From Selaginella moellendorffii (taxonomy: Eukaryota > Plantae > Lycopodiophyta), in the NCBI RefSeq assembly GCF_000143415.4, contig NW_003314277.1:2361834-2370330 (forward strand): a stretch of DNA of 8,497 nt, in the 5' to 3' direction. The notes below the pieces were generated by a model, which was not told the DNA's origin, ran no database searches, and worked only from the letters and a program-made list of their open reading frames with translations. The translations under genes were made by a program, and so were the position numbers. Position 1 is the first letter of the stretch. Every line of letters starts with the position of its first letter. Positions 1 through 7,684 of this stretch are shown here, piece by piece.

Positions 1-1325
1 GGATGATGGAAATATTCTTTGCAATATGCCAAAGGTGATTGCCTCAAGATGGTCACTCTTTATAAGCATTATATATCATCTGCATTTTGGAAGTTTATAA
101 TAGGGGGCCTAGTATACTTTTTTTGTTGTTCATAATTTGCCCCATACCCTTACATATATGCATTTTTTCAAATCTTAAATAAGATTAATTCATTAATAAT
201 AAAATTATTTCACCCTTCTACGACAATTGATATTCCTACTTTTATCTTTGATGAAATTATCAAAAACTTCCCTATTGTGTTGTGGAAGCAAATATCTTTT
301 GACTTCTGGATGATATGATAATGATGCCAAAACAATCAAACTTGTCAATTCCACTAGCATATTATCAGGAAGGTTGTATGTATACCATGAATTCCCTTTG
401 TCATCAGCTTCAAGAGCATCACATTCCCTGTAGTAGCATAAGTTCATTTGAAAATCAGCAAAATCAACTAGAAGATTGGTTAATTCAATCACTTCCCTTG
501 TGTCCCTCCAGGTATTGTTCACTTTTTTCCTCATGGAAATAATTCAACCAACATACCAAACAAACTTCAAATGACTTCCTTCTTGTTCTTCAAACCACAA
601 GGCACAATCACTCCCAACAACAAGAGCTGTTTGTGCACTGAGATTTCTTCTTGGTTCAAAAATTGTTAGGTTATTCTTCACCTATATGAGCTGGTCTTTG
701 GAGAGAAATGGATTTCCATTTAGCTGAGAAACAATGGTTGACTTGCAGATTTTCTTTCCATCAACCAAAACTGTTGCTTCCACTTTTAATGACTCAAAAT
801 CTTCAATATGATCCCAAACAGCATCAAAAGTATGCCTCAGTTCACTTGCTACTTCAGTAGCTTCTTCTCATACTATATGTTCCTCTTATGCTCTCCAGAA
901 TTTTCTAAAACCTTGTGAAAATCCTCAAAATCTTTAGGTTTATCCCACCAATCTCTTCCAGATATGCCAAGGCCATGAAGAAGTTCTTGTGCTTTGGCTT
1001 TACCCTGAATCAGCTCATTAACTATCAGAGCATTTGTCTCCACTGAACTGTAATCCCTAAGTCTGCTACTACTCTCTTCCCATCATGCTCTATCTTTTCC
1101 TAAATATTTTCCTGTTTGCAATGAGCTTTAGAGGAAGGCAATGTACCTGCTGCCTTGCATTTTGCTAGCATGTTCATACTAGTCGCACTATGAACAATGT
1201 CAGCTCCATCATAACATTGTTCATTCCCAATCATTCCTCCTATTTTGGAGAAAAAGTTCTCACAAATGTTAGAACTGGTTCTACTAAATGGGATTGGCAA
1301 ATATGAATAGTGATCCCGGAAATAT

Positions 1326-1373
1326 CTATCTCAAAAGCAAAATTAACAAAAGAAAGATATATATGAAACATAC
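1326..1373 (-). other. Spliceosomal intron, 48 nt (GTATGT...GATAG)
   Basis: Canonical donor GTATGT, T-rich body with an in-frame TAA. Removal gives ATC AG|A TAT TTC CGG, i.e. ...VLLI-R-YFRDHYSYLPIPFSR, in frame with ORF 1100-1300. Confidence 0.8.
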
Positions 1374-2618
1374 CTGATTAGAAGGACAACAAAGTGACAT
1401 GATAATTGAATGTCCAAGAAGGTTTCCTTGCTGATGAATTTGTGTTTCAGGTTCCACTTGCTTTCCTTCAGAATCCACAACCTCCATAAACAAAAGAAGA
1501 AGGACACCATTGATGCAGCTCTCACTCACTCTCCAAGGCTCAAGTACGGGTGCAAAAAGATAACAATATATGTTGCCACCATAGCAAGATAAGTTCCAGT
1601 TCCCAGCATACATAAAGGTCTTCTATATGTTGTTTCTCACATAATCAAAAGACAAACTTGCACTGGCCTGCTACAAAGTTGCTAAGCAGCACCCCAGTTT
1701 TGTCTATTAGAGTGCCTGACATCCCCAAGTTGCAGTTTGTGTTTACTATGAAAGTCTTCAAAAACTTCCCAAATGTCATTCAAATGCACAAATTCATCTC
1801 CCAGAAACAATTTCCTTATTCAACTATGCAATGGATTGATCAGCTTCTTCCCATTATGCACATAGTCTTGATCATGTATCAAAATGTTCCCTGTTAAGTT
1901 CCACTTTCCAGAGAATAGCCACCCTAACCAAGGTACAGAGTAAGTTCCTGTTGTTATATCCCCTAGACTCATGTCTTCAAGCATTAGTTTATGCCATCTT
2001 TGATCTCCATCCAATGAATGGCCAATCAAGGGGCCAACAACATTGTGAAGGTGTTGTCCCCATATTTGATGGATCGAGTTCCATTGTTGTTGAACATCTG
2101 AAGCTGTAAACCAATTGCAAGTAATCTGAATAGAGAGAACCAAACACGGCAACTGTCTATGCAATGGATTAACCATCAACACTCGTGCATAGTGAGCTTT
2201 CTCGTTGTCTAGAAAATCCTGAGTGATCTATTGATAACCTACTTTTCCATTGCCAACCTTCACAACAAAACCATTCACACACTTGTGACCCTCCCCCTTC
2301 TTTCCACAAAACCCAAGCAAAGCATCATCACGAGCAATCCATTTGATCACCCTTTTAATAACAGTTTCATCTTCTACAATCAAAACAAGCACACTCCCTA
2401 GCTTGAGCTGTAAACTCTCTATCTTGAACTTGTAAACCTTAGAAAAGTTCAAAAATATCTCAGATTGTAAACCTATTGTGTATCTGAAGTTTGTTCTCAT
2501 GTCACGCTTTGTTGTTGACAAACTTGGCAATCCAAGGTTTAAGTGAAGGAAGTTGTTAAGCCTACTCCCCCCCCACATTTGTGTTACTCAGAAAATCCAT
2601 TTCATGGTTTCATGGTAC

Positions 2619-2663
2619 CTGTTAAGAGTGTAAGGAAATAACTTTGAATAAATAAAAAAATAC
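2619..2663 (-). other. Spliceosomal intron, 45 nt (GTATTT...CTTAACAG)
   Basis: AG|GT at both ends and a very T-rich body. Removal gives GM-R-YHETMKWIF, in frame with ORF 2228-2578. The length is a multiple of 3 with no stop, so read-through cannot be excluded. Confidence 0.65.
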
Positions 2664-3281
2664 CTCATTCCTTATTTTTTCCTAGTTATTCCCTACAGCA
2701 AACCTTGCATCACGTGAAGAACCGTCTCCTTGCCCTCGTATTTGCCTTGTTGCCAAGCTTGTTTGAGGTTAGAGGTGAATTTTTTGATATCCTTGTCAAT
2801 GGTGCTTTCCTTCAAAGATTCTTTAAGCTCTAGTAATGAACTGAAAGAGTTGCTATCTTGCATCTTGTGGTCGATAGTTCCTCTATTCTTTGCTTGCACT
2901 AGCCTAGCCTACTGCTATCTATGTGCTCAACTATAGTCATGTAGTCAAGTCTCATGCCACACCTCTTCAATCTTTATCCTTGTGGTATTGTTGCTTTGCT
3001 TTCCCGTAAAGCATATTCTTTGAAGTCACTACAAGCTGGTATTGTCATACAAAACTTGCACTGCTTGCTCTTGAATCCACAAATGTTGTTTGTCACTTTC
3101 AAACACTATTTTGATTTGAATGTTTTGTTAACAACAACACCATCTGCTGCTGCTTTGAAGTTTGGATCACAAAACCAACAACCTCCTTCTTTTACATCTT
3201 GGAGAAAAGGATGAACATTCACAGAACTCAAACTATATTTGTAATAATTTTGCTAATATCCAAAGCAAAGTTTTTCAATTC

Positions 3282-3350
3282 CTATCAACATATAACAGAT
3301 TATACTATATAAGCAATCACACTATGTAAAGCATATGAAATGCTAGTTAC
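3282..3350 (-). other. Spliceosomal intron, 69 nt (GTAACT...GATAG)
   Basis: AT-rich. Phase-1 removal gives TCA A|GA ATT GAA AAA CTT TGC, i.e. ...PDESS-R-IEKLCFGY. Confidence 0.7.
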
Positions 3351-3413
3351 TTGAAGACTCATCTGGAGATGCTATAAAGTTTTGAGAAGAACTACTTGAC
3401 AAGACTCTTTTTC

Positions 3414-3474
3414 CTAAAAAAATTTAAGCGACACATATTATTAACTTTACAAAAACTAAAATGCAATTTCTTAC
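3414..3474 (-). other. Spliceosomal intron, 61 nt (GTAAGA...TTTTTAG)
   Basis: Near-consensus donor AG|GTAAG, poly-T acceptor and AT-rich body. The following 63-nt exon is open (GKRVLSSSSSQNFIASPDESS). The upstream exon is frameshifted, so the phase cannot be verified. Confidence 0.7.
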
Positions 3475-3555
3475 CTCGTGTGATATAGCTAAGGAGGTTT
3501 CCTTGTTCTTATGTTAGTGTTTGCAACTTGTGCTTCTTTCTCAACCAGTATTCTT

Positions 3556-3645
3556 GTGCTTATTCCTAGAAATGTGAACCACCAGATTGTTCAAGAGACT
3601 CCTGGCAGGAGGAAAAAGCATTAATGTCTTCTCACAATGCTCGCA
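3556..3645 (-). other. C2H2 zinc-finger motif 2 of the transposase (C-x2-C-x19-H-x5-H)
   Basis: Uninterrupted translation VYCEHCEKTLMLFPPARSLLNNLVVHISRNKH. Confidence 0.7.
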
Positions 3646-3891
3646 ATAAACCCAAATGTTGTTCTTCCTCTAAAAATTTCCTACACTTGGTTTGTAGAGA
3701 GTGAAGCTAATGTTGTTCTTATCGCAAAACCTTTTCACAATTCCATTCATCAGCTTCTCCACTTTGTTTTGTGTTTCTTCACAATTAGCAAGTTCAGCAC
3801 CTTCATTAGCACCCTTAATAGAACTTTCCACATCAGCTTTTTCCTAATCATTTTTCTCCCACTGCAGCTGATTTTCCATATAGTTTGCTTC

Positions 3892-3976
3892 ATGCCTAGC
3901 TCCACTACAGTGATTTGAAATGAAATTGTAACAGGTGTTCTTTTAGGCCTCCTCAAACAATTCCACACTCCTGACA
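3892..3976 (-). other. C2H2 zinc-finger motif 1 of the transposase (broken by a stop and a frameshift)
   Basis: IMCQECGIV* followed, in a shifted frame, by NFISNHCSGARH (H-x5-H). Same pattern as finger 2. Confidence 0.6.
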
Positions 3977-4577
3977 CATGATTTTGAAGTGAGCGCATCC
4001 ATCCTGGTCATATGAAAACAATTCAAACTTGTCTTTCCTCCCTTTTGCTCTTAGCTTTCTCTCATTTTGCTTGAACAATCTCTTCCAATCATGCATCTCT
4101 CTAGCTGAAGCAAGTTTGGAATTCAAACCAGGTAAAAATCCAATTGGATCTTCTTCATGAGCTTCACTGGTTGTTGTTGAAAATTGCCCCTCTTGAATTG
4201 GTTCTACTACTACAAGATTAAGCATATAAACCAGAACTTCAGCTCCAAAAAACGAATATCTCTCCTACCTACATATCATTGCAAGGGAAAGGGCACCCAA
4301 GAAGACAAAATCACTCTCAACAAGGCCTCAATCTCATCTGAAACAATAGCTTTGCGGAGTTGATGATAAGAACACTCCTTTTAAACCCTGACAAAACCCA
4401 CAAGCTTCTTTTGATCCCTATCCTCTACATACACAATAACATCACACTCCATACCTACTACGCTTGAGATCTATTGCCCTCTACAGCCTGCTACTATAGA
4501 GAGCCCTAGAGGAGCTTTGCCTCCTCCCCTACCCGTATGTATGAAAATTTTCAAATTAAACTCAACCCTAAGACCTG

Positions 4578-4591
4578 TATATATATATATA
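4578..4591. repeat. (TA)7 microsatellite
   Basis: TATATATATATATA read directly. Confidence 0.95.
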
Positions 4592-4650
4592 GTTTGCATC
4601 CAGAATAACCCCAATTTATACATGCAGATGATCTATATAATTATATAAGA

Positions 4651-6101
4651 GTGACTACCTCGAGGTGACTACTGACTTCATTGATGATGTCTTGATCCAC
4701 TCGAAGGGGACATGGGAAGAACACATTTGTGATATTCGTAAAGTGTTAGATTGGCTACAAGAAATTGGTTTAAAGCTGAAGTGGTCAAAGTGTGTGTTTG
4801 GGTTCAAGGACACGACTTATCTTAGGTACCATATTTCTCGTGAGGGTTTGCAAGTTGATCATAACAAACTTGTAGCTATTCTAAAGTTCCCTACTCTAAA
4901 GTGTGTGAATCATGTGTAATGCTTCCTAGGCAAGGTGCAGTATCTCAATTGTTTTGTGGATCATCTTTTTGATTGCATTGCACTATTGCAAGTGTTATTA
5001 AAGTCATCAATGTCATTTTTCATTTGGTCTGTAAACTATAAGTGGGCGTTCATGGATCTCAATGAGCTATTGACGACTCCTCCGGTTTTAGCATATCCTA
5101 ACTACACTCAACCTTTCATTTTACGCGTGGATGCTTCTGATATTGGTCTTGGAGGTGTATTGATGCAAGAGAGCCCCAAATGTGCTTAGTTAGCGCCATT
5201 CCATTGTATAAATAAACTGTACATTACAATCGGTGGAGGTAAACTACTTCACAACAAAGAACGAGTGTTTAGCAACAGTCTGGGGTTTTGAGAAACTTCA
5301 TGCATATCTACATAGTTCTCAGACGTTACTGAAAGGTGATCATGTTGCCATTACTTCATTATTGAAGTAGAAAGATTTCGTTAGTTGTATTGCTCGGTGG
5401 GCTTTGAAGCTTCATATATATGATTTTGATATTGTTTATCACCTAAGGAGTTTTATGGCTGATGTTGATGCCTTTTCTCGGGCTCTTCTTCCTTCTTTGC
5501 TCTCTTCTCATATTTCTAACAAGCTTATTGCTCTAGCATCTGTGAATTTTCTAGACAAGGATTCTATGCTGTCAGCAATTGTTGTACTTGACGTTTAGTG
5601 TCCATAAGATGCAGAGCAAGATTTACCTTCTCTTGATGAGGTTCATGAAGCTCAAAACATTGAGCCATAGATTTAAAGGTTTCGAGATGGGTTTGAGAAT
5701 CTTGCATCACTTGCTGATGACCTACTATTCTGGCATTTACATTCTTCATATCGCCTTGAAGATGGCCTTCTTTATTTCGTGGGATAAATCCTGATGATCA
5801 TTTATGACTGATAGTGCCTTCAATCTTTATTCCATGGTTTCTCTATGCTTACCATGATTCTCCTGTTCTAAGTGGGCATATAGGACATCGTCGTATGAAG
5901 GAGAAGCTGCACAGGTCTTTCTATTGGCCAAAGATATGACATAATATTATCCAGTATGTGCATAACTATGTTTAGTGTCAAACTCGTAATACTCCCCCTC
6001 GTGTTATGGAAGGATGATTGGAGTCAATTGTAATTCCTCGTCCATTTGAGTTAGTGGCATTTGATCTTATGGGACTTTTTCCATGATCAACTACGAATGA
6101 G
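4651..6101 (+). mobile_element. Ty3/Gypsy LTR-retrotransposon pol fragment, copy A (C-terminal RT, RNase H, integrase zinc finger, start of integrase core); degenerate and truncated at both ends
   Basis: RT: DFIDDVLIHS, LKLKWSKCVFG. RNase H: PVLAYPNYTQPFILRVDASDIGLGGVLMQ, KNECLATVWG, ADVDAFSR. Integrase: YHDSPVLSGHIG...FYWPK...CQ (HHCC remnant) and RPFELVAFDLMGLFP. The order RT-RH-INT identifies Ty3/Gypsy rather than Copia. Multiple stops; no LTR or gag visible. Confidence 0.93.
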
Positions 6102-7684
6102 CCATTCCACCAGACCATTTGATTGTGGATGATAAGCACTTGTGAAAGTGTGGTGTATCCCCAACCAAGACGTCAAAACATGAAATGCCTCAGCCATAAA
6201 TGCGGGACCATTATCCAAAAGAATCAGCTCTAGACAAGAATGTTGGAACACCACTCGATTGAGGAGAAAGTATCCAATAGTAGTTGTAGAGGCACTAGCA
6301 AGAGCACTAACTTTTACCTAACGAATCAAGTAGTCAAAAGCAATAATAACATACTCATTGCCAGCAGTTAACTATGAAAAAGGTCCCATAAGATCAAATG
6401 CCACCAACTCAAATAGACGGGAAACTGCAATTGACTCCACCGTCCTTCTGCAGTACAAGGGGGAGTATTACAAGCTTGGCACTAAACGCAACTACACACA
6501 TACCAGATAATATCACATCACATCTCCAGCCAATAAAAAGACCTGTGCAGTTTTTCAGTTACACGACAATGTCCCATATGCCCACCTAGAACAGGAGAAT
6601 CATGGTAGGCATGGAGAAATTGCGAAATAAAGACAGAAGGCACCACCAACTATAAATGATTATTAGAATCCGTCCCCAAAAAATAAAAAAGGTTGTCTTC
6701 AAGGCGATATTGAGAATGTAAATGCCAAAAACGCATCTCAAACCCATCTCAAAGCTTTTGAATCTCAGTGACATAGAATCCTTGTTTAGAAAATCCACAG
6801 ATGCTGGAAAAACAGGCTCGTCAGAATCATGAGAAGAGAGTGGAGAAGAAAGAAGAGCTCAAGAAAGGGTATTAGCATTAGCCATAGAACTCCCTAGGCG
6901 ATGAACAACATCAAAATCATATATCTGAAGCTTCAAAGCCCATCAAGCAGTACTACTAATTAGGTTCTTTCACTTCAATAATGAAGTAACGGCAGCATGG
7001 TCACCTTCAACATTTAAGAACCATGTAGATATGCATGAAGTTTCTCGAAACCCCAGACTACTGCTAAACACTCCTTCTCTATCATGGAGTAATTCACCTC
7101 TGTTAGTTGTAATGTACGGCTTATATACACAATGGGATGGCGTTGACCAAGCACACTCAGGCTCTCTTGCATCAACACACCTCCAAGACCAATATCAGAA
7201 GCATCTACATGCAAAAAAAAAAATCGAGTGTAGTCAGGATATGCCAAAACCAGAAGAATCCTCAATAACTCTTTGAGATCCATGAACGCCCACTCATAAT
7301 CTAGAGACCAAATGAAAGATGATGTTGATGACTTCATCAATGCTTGCAATAGTGCAGTGCGATAAAAAAGATGATCCACAAAACAACTGAGATTCTGCAC
7401 CTTGCCTAAGAAGCACTGCACATCATTCACACACTTCGAAATAGGGAACTTTAAAATAGCCACAAGTTTGTCAAGATTAACTTGCAAACCCTCACGAGAA
7501 ATACAATATCCAAGATAAGTTGTGTCTTTGGACCCAAACACGCACTTTGATTGCTTCAGCTTTAAACCAAAGTCCCATAGCCGACCCAACACATTACAAA
7601 CATCACAAATATGCTCGTCTTATGTCCTCTATTAGTGGATCAAGACATCATCAATGAAGTTAGCAATTATCTCTAGCATATCGC
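4651..7684. repeat. Long imperfect inverted repeat: arms ~4651-6092 and ~6366-7684, spacer ~270 nt
   Basis: The reverse complement of 6366-7684 aligns with 4651-6092. A hand count over ~158 nt starting at 4681 gave ~32 mismatches (~80% identity). Confidence 0.9.

Larger units (their letters stand above)
205..4452 (-). pseudogene. Degenerate P-element/THAP9-like DDE transposase gene (5 putative exons, many stops and frameshifts)
   Basis: Manual minus-strand translation joins ORFs 3953-4225, 2693-2899, 2228-2578, 1820-2182, 1343-1525, 1100-1300 and 205-534 into one collinear protein. Motifs in order: LIVEDETVIK (D at 2371-2369), GHSLDGD (D at 2011-2009), DQDYVHNGKKL (DxxHxxK, 1867-1847), NRQNWGAA (1708-1685), RTSSNICENFFSKIGG (E at 1261-1259). 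Putative ATG at 4452 (MECDVIVYVED...) and stop TAA at 207-205. From 2618 to 1374 the frame is unbroken except for point-mutation stops. Confidence 0.8.
1..4577 (-). mobile_element. P-like cut-and-paste DNA transposon relic; the other end probably lies left of the window
   Basis: Contains the transposase pseudogene. A candidate terminus 5'-CAGGTCTTAGGG begins at 4577 (minus), directly next to (TA)7. No matching inverted repeat was found in 1-204, so both boundaries are uncertain. Confidence 0.5.

Noticed and set aside
315-3918. Plus-strand ORFs 315-542, 1410-1592, 1658-1897, 2730-2936, 2954-3214 and 3637-3918
   Set aside because: Antisense shadows of the minus-strand transposase with no recognisable motifs.
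1326-3998. Minus-strand ORFs 1326-1613 and 3750-3998
   Set aside because: Alternative frames overlapping the motif-bearing transposase frame.
4651-4672. GTGACTAC direct repeat (4651-4658, 4665-4672) as a possible 8-bp target-site duplication
   Set aside because: Both copies lie within RT coding sequence (DYLEVTTDFIDD) that aligns to copy B, and they flank only 6 nt.
4677-4688. FIDD instead of YxDD at the RT active site in both copies
   Set aside because: FIDD is a common variant in Ty3/Gypsy RTs and is not novel.
5579-6798. Similar peptides RFKxFEMGLR...GIYILxIALK in ORFs 5579-5794 and 6586-6798, suggesting a conserved extra gene
   Set aside because: Both are the same off-frame reading of the homologous pol linker. 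The true frame is ...RFRDGFE...YRLEDGLLYF.
5564-7276. ORFs 5564-5749 (-), 6398-6589 (+) and 7031-7276 (+)
   Set aside because: Antisense shadows of Gypsy pol.
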